In this document: one piece after another, positions 11,527-25,323 of the stretch
Layout: each line of letters opens with the position of its first letter
How positions within the stretch are numbered: the first letter of the stretch is position 1
Source: the human T2T-CHM13v2.0 reference genome, Homo sapiens
DNA: 64,000 nucleotides
Direction: 5' to 3' (one strand)
Assembly: GCF_009914755.1 (NCBI RefSeq)
Contig: NC_060925.1
The notes under the pieces: generated by a model
The model's input: the letters and a program-made list of their open reading frames with translations, nothing else
Told to the model about the DNA's origin: nothing
Databases searched by the model: none
Made by a program: the position numbers and the translations under genes

Positions 11527-14500
11527 CTATAAATTAATAACAAAAGGAACTTTGGAAACTGTACAAACAAATGGAAACAAAACAACATGCTCCTGAATGA
11601 CCATTGGTTCAAGGAAGAAACTGGGGAGGAAATCACAAAATTTCTTGAAATATATGAAAATTTAAGCACAACATACCAAAACGTATGGAACACAGCAAAA
11701 GCAATGCTAAGAGAGAAGTTTATAGTAATAAATGCCTACATCAAAAAAGTAGAAAGAGTTCAAATAAACAATCTAACCATGCACTTCAAGGTACTAGAAA
11801 AGCAAGAACAAATCAAACCCAAAATCAGTAGATGGAAAGAAAGAATAAAGAGCAGAACTAAATGAAATAGAGACTAAAAAAAAAAAATACAAAAATTAAT
11901 GAAACAAAAAGCTGTTTTTTGAAAAGATAAACAAAATCAATAAACTGCTAGTTAGACTAACCAAGAAAACAGAAGACTCAAACAAAATCAGAAATGAAAA
12001 AGGAGACATTACAACTGATGATATCACAGAACTACAAAAGATCATCAGAGACTGTTATAAACAACTATACACTAAAAAACTGGAAAACCTAGAGGAAATT
12101 CGTAAATTCCTAGACAGATACAACCTGCCAAGATTGAATCAGAAAGAAATAGAAACCCTAAATAGACCAATAACAAGCATTGAAATCAGTAATAAAAAGT
12201 CTCCCCAAAAAGAAAAAGCCCAGGACTGGATGCCTTCACCACTGAATTCTGCCAAACTTTAAAGGAAGAACTAATACCAATTCTCTTCAAGGTATTCAAA
12301 ACAAATTTAAAAGGAGGGAATTTTCCCTAACTTATTCTATGAGGCCAGCATTATCCTGACACCAAAACCAGCCAGGGGCACAACAAAAAGAAAACTATAG
12401 GCCAATATCCCTGATAAACATACGGGTGAAAATCCCCAGCAAACCAAATCCAACAGCATATGAAAAAGATAGTACACCATGATCAAATGGGGTTTATTCT
12501 ATGGATGCAAGGATGGTTCAACATATGCAAATCGATTAATGTGATACAGTACATAAACAGAATGAAGGACAAAAGCCTCCATATGATCATCTCAGTAGAT
12601 GTTGAAAAACATTTGATAAAATCCAAGATCCCTGCATTATAAAAACTCTCAACAAACTAGGCATAGAATAAGCACACCTCAACACAATAAAGGCCATATA
12701 TGACAATCCCACAGGTAACATCATACTAAATGAGGAAAAGCTGAAAACCTTTCCTCTAAGAACTGGAACAAGACAAGGATGCTTACTTTCACTACTCCTA
12801 TGCAACATAGTACTGAAAGTCCTAGCCAGAGCAGTTAAGGCAAGAGAAAGAAGCAAAAGACATGTAGGTTGGAAAAAGAGAAGTCAAATTGTCCCTGTTT
12901 GCAGATAATGTGATCTTACATTCAGAAAAACCTAAAGACTTTTAGATCTGATAAATAAATTCTGTAAAGTTTCGGGGTACAAAATCAACATACAAAAATC
13001 AGTAGCATTTCTATACACCAATAATGAACTAGCTGAGAAAGAAATAAAAAAGGCAATCTCATTTACAATAGCTTTTTTAAAATACCAAGGAATAAATTTA
13101 ACCAAAGAGATGAAAGATTTCTAAGAGGAAAATTACAAAACACTGATGAAATAAATTGAAGGGGACACAAACAAATGAAAAAACATCTTATGCTCATGGG
13201 TCAGAATAATTAATATTGTTAAAATGTCCATACTACCCAAAGCAATCTACAGATTCAATGTAATCCCTATCAAAATACCAATGCCATTTTTTCATAGAAA
13301 TAGAAAAAATAATTTTAAAATGTGTATGGAACCAAAAAAAAGAGCCTGAATAGCCAAAGCAATTCTGAACATAAAGAACAAAGTTGAAGGCATCACACCA
13401 CCTGACTTCAAAATGTATTACAAAGACATAGCAACCAAAACAGCATGGTATTAGTACGAAAACAGACACATAGATCAGTGAAACAGAATAGAGATCCCAG
13501 AAGTAAATCCACATATTTTTAGCCAACTGATTCTTTACAAAGGCAACAAGAATGTACATTGGGGAAATGTGACCCTCTTCAATAAGGTGCTGGGAAAATT
13601 GGATATCTATATGCAGAAGAATGAAACTAGACCCCTATATCTCACCATATTAAAAAAATCAACATTAAGTGAATTAAAGACTTACACTTAAGATCCAAAA
13701 CTATAAAACTACAAGAAGAAACACAGGGGAAACACTTCAAGACATTGGTCTAGGCAAAGATTTTATGGCTAATACCTCAAAAGCATAGGCAACAAAACCA
13801 AAAATAGACAATGGGACTATGTTAACTGAAAAAGCATCTGCACAGCAAAGGAAACAACCAGCAGAGTGAAGAGACAATCTGTTGATTGGGAAAAAATATT
13901 CACAAACTATTCATTTGGCAACCGAAACAACTCAACAGTTTAAAAAAAATAGTTCCACTAAACAGTAAAGGACATGAATAGATATTTCTCCAAGAAATAA
14001 AATAAATGGTCAACCGATATATGAAAAATTTTCAGTATGAATAATCATCAGGGAAATGCAAATTCAAACCACAATGACATATCATCTTACCTCAGTTAGA
14101 ATAGCTATTATTAAAAAGACAAGAAATAGCTGATGCTGGCAAGGATGTGGAGAAAAGAGAAACCTTATACACTGTTGATGGGAATGTAAATTAGTACAGC
14201 CACTATGGAAAACAGTATGGAGATTTCTCAAATATTAAAAATAGAGCAATCCTCTACTGCAATACAATCCAGCAATACTCCTACTGGTTATTTATCCAAA
14301 GGAAAGGAAATCAGTATATTAAAAAATTATCTGCACCCCGATGTTTATTGCAGCACTATTCCCAGTAGCCAAAATATGAAATCAGCCTAAATGTTCATCA
14401 GTGAATGAATGGATAAAAAAAGTGGTATGTATGCACAATTGAATACTATTTAGCCACAAAAAAGAATGAAATCATGTCATTTACAGCATCATGGATACAG

Positions 14501-16899
14501 CTGGATGTTAGTATGTTAAACAAAATAAACCAGGCACAGAAAGACAAATATTGCATGTTCTTGCTCATATATGAGAGCTAAAAGAGTTGATTTGGTCTCA
14601 TGGAGGTACAGAGTAAAATGATAGATACTAGAGGCTAGGAAGCGGAGCAGGGGTTGGGGGGATGAGGGCGGGGGTTGGGGAGTAGGGGGGTGGAGGGAGA
14701 TTAAGAAAGATTGGTTAAGAGATACAAACATACAGTTAGATAGAAGGAAAGTTCTAGTGTTTGATAGCACAGTGGAGTGCCAATAGGTGAAAATAGTATA
14801 TTGTATATTTCATAGTAGCTAGAAAAGAAGACTTGAAATGTTCCCAACACAAAGAAATGACAAATGTTGGAGGTAATGGATGTTCTAGATACCCAAATTT
14901 GATCATTACACATTGTATGCATGCTGGAACATATCACATGTACCCCATAAATATGTGTAAATATTATGTATTAATAAAAAAAAGTTTATTTCATCCCATC
15001 CAACAGGGACCATTATGATAACAATCTGGGAAGATATCTAGAAATAAGAATATTGCCAATTACCAAACCTTTTGCTTCAAAGTGAAACTGCAACCCCCTT
15101 TCCACTGGCCTGACCCCAATCCCACCCCAGCTGTCTTATTGGGTGATGGTGGAATCTATATAGATAGGGCTGAGAGTGTCTAAAGCACCTTTATCTCTAA
15201 CATTTGATACTCCTCTAAACAATTTTATCTCTAACCTTTGATCCTCCAGCCTCAAAAGGGATAAAAGGCAGCGAGTCCACAGTTCTGACCTCCTTTGAGG
15301 TTACAGTTCAGCTCCTCCAACCTAGACCCCCTCTATGTAATAAATTTATGGAAAGTGAATGAAAAGGACATACATTAAAAACACAGGAGTAGGAACCTAC
15401 AGGCAAGGGAGAAGGATCGAGAGGGGATAAAGGGAAAAACTGAATAAAAATTTAAAAGGTCCCCGAATAAGACAACAATCATAGGGAGCCATGAACTGAG
15501 GAGTGTACTCAACTCAATTCACAAAACCTGAGGTCTAGTAGAAACTTAAAAATGAATAAATAAATAACACGGCATTATTCAGAATTAAATTCTGAGAGAG
15601 TGCTCTGGACTGAGACAAAAAAAAGAAAAAGGCACTACGCACTCACAAAATTGACAGCGATTGGTTATTTTGGGAAAACTCACCCATAGTTACACCTCGG
15701 CTCTGACTTGATATATTTAAAAATATACCCCCATGCAATTATTATATAGTGGAAGAAAGTTCAAATCATTGTAGAAAATTCTACAGCTTTTCTTTGTCAA
15801 ATGCATAGAAATCCAGTAAAAATGCCAAGAAAGGAAGAAATAGCCTTGTGTGTTCCTGGCACATAGCAAGTGCTTAATAAATAATTATTGCATAGGCACA
15901 CACATTCAGTAATGTATATTTTGTGTACTGCATGTACTATAGACACACACTTATGCATGCTTCATGTATATTTAATTGCATTCTTTCCTAAAGTACTAAA
16001 ATTTTCTTTCCTTTCTTCATTTATGTAACTCATAAAATCTTCACTCTTTGATATCTTTCTTTGTTTAACTTTTTAATTGTCATTTGCTTGCACAAAATAA
16101 TGTCCCAGAAACTATTCCCAGCCTCTCTTCTTAATGTATCTCTGTCCAACTTCCTCCCTTTTCTATATACACACACTCTCACATCCCACATACCACAATG
16201 TAGTCTCCTTTACTTTAACTTCCTATAGACAGCTCAACATATACCTTTTAATCAGAATGTAATAGTTATCCATAAAACTTTCAAATATTTTATTTATTTA
16301 TTCATGTATTTTATTGTAAACACAATTAATCTTGTTTTTTCCCTATGCTTAACAAGACCAGTGCCTTGAGAGAGCAACACATAGTTATGAACACAATAAT
16401 GGATATATTTACAGCATAAATTGTTAGTATAAAATGAAAATATTTGTCCTTTGTCTACTTGACAAATCTGTTTGTCAAATCAAACCTATTCCTGTGGCAT
16501 ATTGGAAGTATATTCAATTTTAAAAAATACTTTTATGCCTTACATAACTAAAAATGGGTGATTTATAGAAATTCTAAAATTATTTTTTAAGACAAATTAA
16601 AAATGCTTGTAAATAGAACTTCTTACCTGTTAACTATTAATATCTAAAATAACAGCTTGTTTTTCATGATTACTGAATGTCTGTCCAATCATTGGCTAAA
16701 TAGTCTCCTGAGAACCACACACCCCTGAATCCTGGGGAAAATAAATATTTTTATTTTAAGTAAAGTGATGACTTGTAACAGTGCCAGATTTTTCTCACTC
16801 TGGCCCAATACTAGTTTCTCTTCGTTTTCACCTTTCCCCCACTCAAGTCCAGCCACCTCTGATAATGAGTGTTCACAAGTTTGTCATATGGCTCTCTAT

Positions 16900-17175
16900 G
16901 CCTTCGAAGCCCTTTGTAATTAGGCTAAAACTTACTTCAAGGCCCAGCCTCAATGTCACTTCCTCTGTGAGGTGGCCCCAGTAACCCACAACGGAATTAG
17001 CCATTCCCTTCCCTGTGTTGCCTGGTACTCCTGTGGCACTTTTCACCCAGGGGTGCATATTTCCCTATGTGACTTCTTTGGTTTCAGAACTCCTTGAAGA
17101 CAAGGACCATGACATATTTGCCATTGTATTCCTACACATGCTTGGCATATGGTAGGTGTGTAATAAATATTTCTT
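16900..17175 (+). mobile_element. L2 3' fragment
   Basis: cttcaaggcccagcctcaatgtcacttcctctgtgag...tggcatatggtaggtgtgtaataaatattt. Confidence 0.65.
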
Positions 17176-17760
17176 TCATGGACTTATTGAATCATTTCTG
17201 GTCTGCATTCAGCATATTTTTTTATATCTCTACTAACTAATGATGCCCAGCCAGTACAGAGGAAGTGGACCCCCACCTCACACAGCAGAAGCCGTTTGTC
17301 CTAACTTCTTTGTTAGGTCTGCTTCCGTGGCAACAGCAAGCAGACTTTACCTCCCCCAGATCCCTTTGATTCTCTGTTTACTGCTCCATCTCTTTTTGTG
17401 TTTCCCTAGGAGTGAGAATGAGAACAAAACCTCTGTAATGCATATGATTTGCAAAGACTTATCTGCTAAAAAACATTTTTGTAAAAATTCAGTTAAGCTT
17501 ACCTTATTATATACTTCAGTAGCCCTCCCAGCAATGCCTAGCACAGCTCCTGGCTCAAAATAGATTGGATCAATTAATACGTGGTTTTGTCAGTGCTATA
17601 AAATTTCCAAGGAAGTTAAAATATTTCAGATGGCAAAAATGATACATTATTGGGATATCATTTTCATGGGTACATACATGGGACTGGAGAGGTTAAATGC
17701 TAGGAAATGCTGTGCTTCCCATGTCATTACCAACAACCCTCACAAGCTACTGAGAGTTTT

Positions 17761-17904
17761 GCTTTTTGTTGTTGTTGTTTGTTTTGTAGAGATGGGGTCT
17801 TACTATGTTGCCCAGGCTGGTCTTGAACTCCTGAGCTCAAGCGATCCTTTCACCTCGGCCTCTCAAAGTGCTGGGATTACAGGCATGAGCTACCACATCC
17901 AGCC
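17761..17904 (-). mobile_element. FLAM
   Basis: Antisense single monomer; TSD tactg(a/g)gagtttt at 17748-17760 and 17905-17917. Confidence 0.9.
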
Positions 17905-18429
17905 TACTGGGAGTTTTGACATATTTACTGTGGTAAACTTGTTTCATAAACTCAGTAAAGATAGACTTCAACCCAACCCCGGTGAAAGTAACCCCAATTT
18001 TGAATGATAGCATCAAAATGGAGGAAGACTGTACTAAACACAGAGCTGCAGCCAGCCCTAACATGCCCCTTTTGTATGGACCTCCAACCTCCAGCTCGCA
18101 TCAACTCACTATTGACACAAGGAGATCATAGATTTAGAACATTTTTGCAGTGGAAGGGACTTGAGAAATCATCTAGTGAAATTCTTCCAGCCCAGAGACC
18201 TTAGATGCTCAGGTTTACACTAAAGGGCCAATGGCAGAGCCAGTGCTATTTTCAATATTTCAAAAAAGTCTAGTGGAAATCGTGCGTTTACTAGCAATTA
18301 TACAAAAGCTTTTGAAAAGGCAGGCTTATTCACGTTTGCTTTAGTTAAGGTTTTGTCAATTCTGTGTTACAAAATTCCTTTCTCTTGCTGATTTAAGTCT
18401 TTGAGTAATAAAGGATGGAAAATGATCTA

Positions 18430-19165
18430 TCTGTTGAGTATCTATACAAGGGAAAGGCAATCAGCACCTCATAGGGATAGCTGCACTCCCATATTAATTC
18501 ACAAGAGCCAAGATATGGAAACAACTTAAGTGCTCATTGATGGATGAATGGATTTTTAAAATGGATATATATGTATATATGTATATGGATATATATGTAT
18601 ATATGTATATGGATATATATATATGTATATGGATATATATATGCACAGACACACACACACACACACATGCACAATGGAGTATTATTCTGTCTTTAAAAAG
18701 AAGGTATTGCCATTTGTGACAATATGGATAAATGCGGAGGGCATTATGCTAAGTGAAATAGGACAGACATAGAAAAATACTGTATAACCTTACTTATATA
18801 CAGAACCTAAAAAATATGTTAAGTTAAAAAAATAGAAACAGTAGATGAGTGGTTACCAGGAGTGGGGAGGGAGGAAATGGGGAGAAGCAGGTCAAAGGGT
18901 AGGAATTTGCAGTTAGGTAGAATGACTAAGAGACCTAATGTACAGCATGAGGACTATAGTAATAATGCATTATTGTACTGTGTACTGAAAATTCACTGAG
19001 AGAGTAGATTTTAGGGGCTCTTACCACAAAAAAAGGATGGGGGTAACTATGGAGAGTGGTGGATGTATTAATTTGTTTGACTGTAATAATCATTTTACTA
19101 TGTATATGTACATCAAAACATCATGTTGTTTACCTTAAATATATACAATAAAAATAAATTTTAAA
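18430..19165 (+). mobile_element. L1MA8/9-like 3' end
   Basis: gacctaatgtacagcatgaggactatagt...catcaaaacatcatgttgtttaccttaaatatatacaataaaaataaa. Confidence 0.8.
18561..18668. repeat. Compound AT-rich microsatellite (~24-bp unit atggatatatatgtatatatgtat) followed by (CA)n
   Basis: Read directly. Confidence 0.9.
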
Positions 19166-20001
19166 AAATGGAAAAATAATTTATTAAATGGCAGGGTGTT
19201 TTGAGCTGATCAAATCTTTTCAAACATAAAGTCCATGCAAAGAGAAATAGTAAAAGAGTTCCATGGTAGAGAAAAGTTTGCAAACTACTGACCTCATCCA
19301 ACCCTCTCACTTTACATCTAGGAAAGGAAACTGAGGTGGAGTGAGGTGCTGGGTCACCTGACGAGCTAGAGGCAGTCAGGGTGAGCCATATCCATATCTC
19401 TAGGCTCGTGCTCTTAGGGCTTCTGAAGAGCCCTAAGACATTCTGTTTCCTTCCCTGAACTTGTCTTTGGTTCCTGATCTTCCTAACATCCCTGGATGGC
19501 TCAGGGAACCAGAGCACACTGCACCTAGGAGGAAAGAGACTACTGCAGATCGCTAAGAGCAGGAAAAGCTGGAGACCAGCGACACCCACTGCCCAGACTG
19601 TGTGAGAACCTCAAGGGTCCCAGGGAAAGGACCTCAGAACTGGGGCTCAGGTGGACAATGTGGATGATTAAAGGAGATGGCTGAAGGAAAGCACACTGGA
19701 CAGGAATAAAAGATAAAGACAGCTTCTGTTTCCTGGAGGCAGAGCCTTCCTTATCAAAGGGGCATTGGGAGTGTCAGGCACTTACTGCACTGGCTTGTGA
19801 TGGCACATCACTGGCCCTGCGGGGCGGGGTGAGGAAGCAAGTGATTCGGTAGAGACCTAGGAAAGAAAAAGGGAAACAAAGGCAAAGGCACAGAAAAATT
19901 CCCGGTTGTGTAGGGGACAAACTTGCCTCTTGAGATTTCTCTGGTCACCTCTCCCATAGTACCTGATGCCTGCCTCTGTGACAAAACCTGATGTCAGCCT
20001 C

Positions 20002-20488
20002 TGTGGCTGAACCCACAGCTGGAGTCACCCAAAAGCAGGGGCAGAGGAGTTCCTGCAAGGGACTGCCCCAAATGATTCCAGGATGGGGCCAGTTGGGATT
20101 CCAAAGAAAGAAGTACTAAAATGTCAAGGTGATTAGTTAAAAGCATTTACTGTATCAGGTGAACTGTATTACAGAGGGGGGCTGGAGAGCATCCTCCCGA
20201 AGGACAATGAGACAAGGGATGTCCTACCTAGGTATGTCTGCAATGAGAAAGTCAGGGTATGGAGCTTATAAGAGGGTTTAAGGAGTTTGACTCGGGGCTG
20301 GGGCTAGTCTCTTTCAGGGTTTTGGGCAAAAATGCAAACACCTTTATCAGTGCCTGGAAATGTTCAAGGGCCCCACTTGGGTTCAAGCCTGCAGGAGAAA
20401 ACATATATCTGGCTGGGAGAGTGGTGCAGGTGTTCTACGTTTCCCGGCAGGACCAGAGAAAAAGTGGGGGAAGTTGGAGGACCCTACA
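20002..20488 (-). mobile_element. ERVL-class solo LTR (MER54/MER74-like)
   Basis: TG...CA termini (tgtggctgaaccc...ggaccctaca) and the motif gttgggattccaaagaaagaag. Confidence 0.55.
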
Positions 20489-20499
20489 ATAGTGTTTAT

Positions 20500-20716
20500 T
20501 TTATTCCAGGTACTGGTTGAGGCACTTTGTATGTGTATTAACTCATTCTTTCCTCACAACAACCCTATGAGTAGCTACTACTATTATCCCTATTTTATAG
20601 ATGGAGAAATGGAAACAGAGAGGTTAAGACTCTCGCCCAAAGCCATACAACTAATAAGTGGCAGAACTGGGATTCAGATCCAAGCAGGCTGGTTCAGTGC
20701 CATGCTTGTAACCACC
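20500..20716 (-). mobile_element. MIR (MIRb-like)
   Basis: cctcacaacaaccctatgag...tattttatagatggagaaatggaaacagagaggttaag. Confidence 0.85.
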
Positions 20717-21350
20717 ATAGTGGTTCACACCTTCTACTGAAATGTACCTTTTTCCCCTCAGTCTCAGACTGTGGATTCTGAAAGGTCAGAAACTTAGATT
20801 TACTCATTGTATCTACTCTGCTTAGCTGAGTACCTGGCACATGGTATGTTCTCAACCAATGTATTCTCTTTCCCCTCAGATCCTCCATATTCCTAGGATT
20901 CTAGGAGCCCCCTGAACCCTCATAGATTTCATCCCATCATCCCCACTTCAATCCTTACCACCCAACAGGCTTGCTCTCTCATTAGCAGGGTCCCCTACTC
21001 AGAGTATTTTTTCTCTTTTCCCTTTCTCCCCTCTCCAAATCCTACGCGGCCTTCCATTTGACAAGGTCCTGCAATCAGAAATATTAACTTATGCCAATGT
21101 TAATCATTTATAAGTTATTTCCTCTCTTGGTGGAATTTACTATCCCAAGTGGAAAAAAATTCCAAATCCATTATTTCAGACAATTCAGCAATTCTTTAAA
21201 ATTGGACTCATGAGACTGTTCCCTTCTGAGACTGTCCCCAGGTCAGGGACTGAATGGGACCTGCTACTTCCTTCAGTCAGTGTGATCACAGCCTCCTGTG
21301 GTGGTGTCCCATCTGGGAGCTTCCTCTAACCCTCCTCCCTAAGGACATCG

Positions 21351-21520
21351 CCCCGCCCCCATCACCTTCTCCACTCACTGGGCAGCCAATAGAACAGCAA
21401 GGACTGGAGCTCAGCTGTCCTCAGCAGCTGCAGTCCCCTCCCCTGATGGCTAAGCTGCCCACCTGAAATATTCTGCTGGGAGGCATGCAGGGATGTCTGG
21501 GGGGCTGTCATGAGGTAAGG
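21351..21520 (+). promoter_or_regulatory. Candidate GC-box plus CCAAT promoter, followed by a splice donor
   Basis: ccccgccccc at 21351-21360, agccaatag with CCAAT at 21386-21390, two CAGCTG E-boxes, gag|gtaagg donor at 21514/21515. Confidence 0.25.
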
Positions 21521-21899
21521 TGGTTTGCGATCAGCCTCTTTGAAGAAGTCTGGCTAAGAAGCCATGTGGGGAGAATTGGTGAGGGAAACTTTGACCCTGT
21601 CAGAACATAGGAAGCTCAGAGCCTTGTGTCTCCTGAATGAGCCATAAGACCTCTGACTGGCCTCAAATGGCACTACCCAATCTCTCTCATCTCTCCCCAT
21701 TACCCAAGAACTCTCTGAATGTGGAAATTTCCCCCCAGGCCTTCCTGATGCAATGAAATAAGCATGGGATTAGCACCCAGGCATGAGAATTTGCATTCTG
21801 GCCACACCACCTCTGGAGTGTGTGCTGGGCATTGTGTAAGCACTCCACGTGTATTAACTCACTGATTCCTTGTGACATCCCTAAGGAGCTGGCAACTGG

Positions 21900-22500
21900 T
21901 ATGTCTCTCTCTCAACCTTGGCAGTTCTCCTCCCACCCTGCACTTCTCTCTAGCTGCTGCCTTACAATGCTCTCCCATCTCAGCTAGGCTTCTGCCAAAA
22001 CCTCTACCTTCTCACACCTTGTTTGCTTCTCATCCCACTGCAATCCTCTCTATTTTGATTTATCGGCAAAGTCCCATAATGACCTCCATGCTGCTAATTT
22101 ATCTGTGTGTTTTCCTCATTTTATGTCATCTCTCTGTGGCAGTAGATGAAGTTGACTGATATCTCTTATTCAGCTTCCAAGAAACTGTGTTTTCCCCTAC
22201 ATTTTCCTGTTGTCCTTCGAAATCTAGTTCAGACTCCACATCCCTCAGGAAACCATCTTCGATCTCTGCCTGTCTTCTCTCTAGTCGATGACTCTCTCTT
22301 TTGTGTTATTATACCTCTGAACACTGTACTTCCCTTCTTTGTTGTACTTATCACATTATACTGTAAATTTTTTAACCCATTTATGTCCTCTATTAGGCAG
22401 AGAACTCCTCTGAGGGAAGAAACCGTAATCTATCCTCTATTCCCAGTCTATTATTCATAGTAGGTCCTCAATACATTGCCTATTGCATAAATTCATAAAT
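21900..22500 (+). mobile_element. L2 fragments
   Basis: Pyrimidine-rich L2 body, ending ...actcctctgagggaagaaacc...catagtaggtcctcaataca. Confidence 0.5.
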
Positions 22501-23238
22501 GGGTAAGTTGCTGAGGAAGGCCAGGTATATGGATAGCTCATTTAACATGTTTGCTAAGGAAAGACAAATGCAACTATAGCTGTTGGTTGGAAACAGGACT
22601 AAATGGTAGAAGAGTATGGTTTTGTGTGTTTGTTTTTTTGAGGGATGGCTAAGACCTAAGAGAAGTGGTCCCAGGAGACAGAAGAGGTTTTTAGAAAAGG
22701 GGAGAGCAAAGCATATTTGCAGGCTGAGGGGAGAAAGACCATGGAATAGGAGGAAGCCTGAAATGAGTAGGGGAAGTGGTTGAAGCAAGAGACTGTGAGG
22801 AAAAGTCAGGATGGGCCCAAGAGCACAGGTGAAGGGATTACTGTGAAGGCGGAGAAGCCAGGGCTCTCTCCTTAACCAGCTGGGCCCCTGCCCTTCGCAG
22901 CTGCTGCCAGCGCTTGACCACTCCCTCAGCTGGGATTCCACTTCCTCAGGCATCAGCACACCTATTACCATCTCAGCTGCTGCCACTGCAGAGACCCAGG
23001 GAACAGGTGCTGCTTCTCCTCTCAGCAATTCCTGAACTCTGATGGCAGCAGGGTCACCACCCAGATGTTAAAAATGCCTCTCTTAGGCCACAGCATAGAG
23101 CCGCCATGTGCCCCTAGAGCCCTTACAGCCGCCCTAGCCCCAGAGCTCCTTCGCTGACTTGCTCCTCTTGCTTAGTATAATTCCCTGCTTAGCTGGAGGG
23201 CCTGGCAGGGCCAGAAGACACTGTGGGTGAGACCCTGT

Positions 23239-23873
23239 TGTTACCAGAAATGGGTCCCGATCCAGACCCCAAGAGAGGGTTCTTGGATCTCACACAAGAA
23301 AGAATTCAGGGCAAGTCCATAGAGTAAAGTGATAGCAAGTTTATTAAGAAAGTAAAGGAATAAAAAATGTATACTCCATAGGCAGAGCAGCAGCATGGGC
23401 CACTCAGCTGCTTATACTTATTGTTACTTCTTGATTATATGCTAAACAAAAAGTAAATTTTTCGTGAGTTTTCTAGAAAAGGGGTGGGCAATTCCCAGAA
23501 CTGAGGGTTCCTCCCCTTTTTAGACCATAGAGGGTAACTTCCTGACATTGCCACAGTATTTGTAAACCCTCACGGGGCTGGTGGGAGTGTCTTTTAGCAT
23601 GCTGATGCATTATAATTAGCATATAATGAGCAATGAGGACGACCAGAGGTCACGCTCATCACCATCTTGGTTTTGGTGGATTTTGGCCGGCTTCTTTACC
23701 GCAAACTGTTTTATCAGCAAGGTCTTTGTGACCTACATCTTGTGCCAACCTCCTATCTCATTGTGTAACTAAGAATGCCTTAACCTCCAGGGACTGCAGC
23801 CCAGTAGGTCTCAGCCTTATTTTACCCAGCCCCTATTCAAAATGGAGTTGCTCTGGCTCAAACGCCTCTGACA
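23239..23873 (-). mobile_element. MER41 (MER41B-like) solo LTR
   Basis: tgttaccagaaa...gatccagaccccaagagagggttcttggatctc...aaacgcctctgaca; 4-bp TSD ctgt/ctat; GAS motif TTCCCAGAA at 23492-23500. Confidence 0.9.
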
Positions 23874-24581
23874 CTATTATTTTTGTATATACTGGAGTAT
23901 CTGCAGTGGGCATAAAATGATCCAAAAAAACACAAACAAAAAATGACTCTAACTTTATGTGTGTGTTGGTGGTGGTAGTTCCAATGAGGGAAATTTGTTT
24001 TTAGATCTGTTAGGTCCAGGGTCAGGGTCCAGCCCATGCAAGGGGACTGGGTGGATAGCTGGAAGAACACTTGTGGGGGCCATAGGTAGGTGAAATACAG
24101 CTTTATTCAGTAGCTCTCTCATCAGCAGCTCTCTTACATTGTTTGCTTTGTTTCAGCTGCTTGAGCCAGCCACTCCCATGCACAGCTGTGTAGCCGGCTC
24201 TCCTTTGCCTCCAGGGTCAGTAGCTTAACTCTTTTTTCCTCTGGGCACAAGCTGGTTCCTGGCTGTCCCCTGCCTGCTTGCAAGACAGACAGCTTTGGCT
24301 CTCTCTCTCTCTCTGGGCACCAGTTTGCTGAGGTATGTCGAGCTATGTCCAGAAGCTGAGCGGATCCATGTTCCCCATGCACAGCATCAGCAGGGCAGTT
24401 ATACCTTTTCAAACAATAGTGGCTCCAAGGCAAGTACGAACTTACACAAACAGGTTGTATAAAAAGTGGAGTATGCGCCTGCACCCTAAACTTGCTGAGT
24501 CATTCTGGTCCAGATGTCCACCTCAGTCTATTGTTGACCAAAGCACATCCATGTACTTTACACTCCACCCCCTAAGCTGAG

Positions 24582-24850
24582 GGAGACATAGATTTTAGAC
24601 ACATAGGTCCAATACACGGGTTTGGCACATAAGCCCCTGATTCACACGTCTGACACATAAGCTTTCGGCCCACAGGCCCGATACATACACATATGCTTGA
24701 CACATAAGCCTGGCACATAGGCTTTGGGCATGCAAGCCCAATATACACACATAGACTTGATACATAAGCCTGGGAACACAGGCCTGACACACAGGCCTGA
24801 TACATAAACATAGGCTTCTGGGCACACAGGCCCATTACATACATAGGCCC
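24582..24850. repeat. Degenerate minisatellite in the provirus 3' internal region (gcctg(g/a)cacata(a/g)-like units)
   Basis: Recurring cacataagcc, cacataggc and cacaggcc motifs. Confidence 0.75.
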
Positions 24851-24924
24851 TGATAAACTGCCCAGCTATTGGTGCAGACTACCTTAGGTGTCACCTCCTT
24901 GGTGATTACCATTTACATTGCCCT

Positions 24925-25323
24925 GAGTTCAGCTCATTAGCTACTCTGTCTACACCTGATTTCAAACCATGTGGTGTCAGAACTAGGCTGGACTGCACCA
25001 GCAGTCCAGACAGCAGTAGCACCCTGGCTAGACCTAGCTATGTACCATGCCCTATCAGGAATGGGAGGGCACCCTTCCTTAAACAGTGATGGCTCAGGGT
25101 CTAGGGGTGCCTCAGGCCCCATGGCCTCATCTTGCATTAGGACTACAGGCCCTAAAACCTCTACTGCTAAGGGACTTGTACTCAGAGTACTCCACTGTTC
25201 CAAGTAGACACCCCACTTCACTAAAGTGGATGTCTGTGCCATTCCTGTCTGGCAGGGGTAGTTACCCATGAATGCACCCATCCCACTATTGGGTAAGTCA
25301 TCCAGACGATGACTGTAGCCCAT
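24925..25323 (-). pseudogene. Decayed ERVL-class pol fragment (RT connection and RNase H)
   Basis: ORF 24937-25323 has ...PIPDRAWYIARSSQG... (decayed WYTDGSS) and ...RQSS, matching the region before the RNase H AEL motif. Confidence 0.7.

Noticed and set aside
14640-14700. G-rich tract able to form a G-quadruplex
   Set aside because: It is the ordinary polypurine tract of an L1 3' UTR
22480-23028. 182-aa minus-strand ORF
   Set aside because: Non-ATG start, low-complexity Leu/Pro/Phe composition from purine-rich old repeat sequence, no recognisable domain
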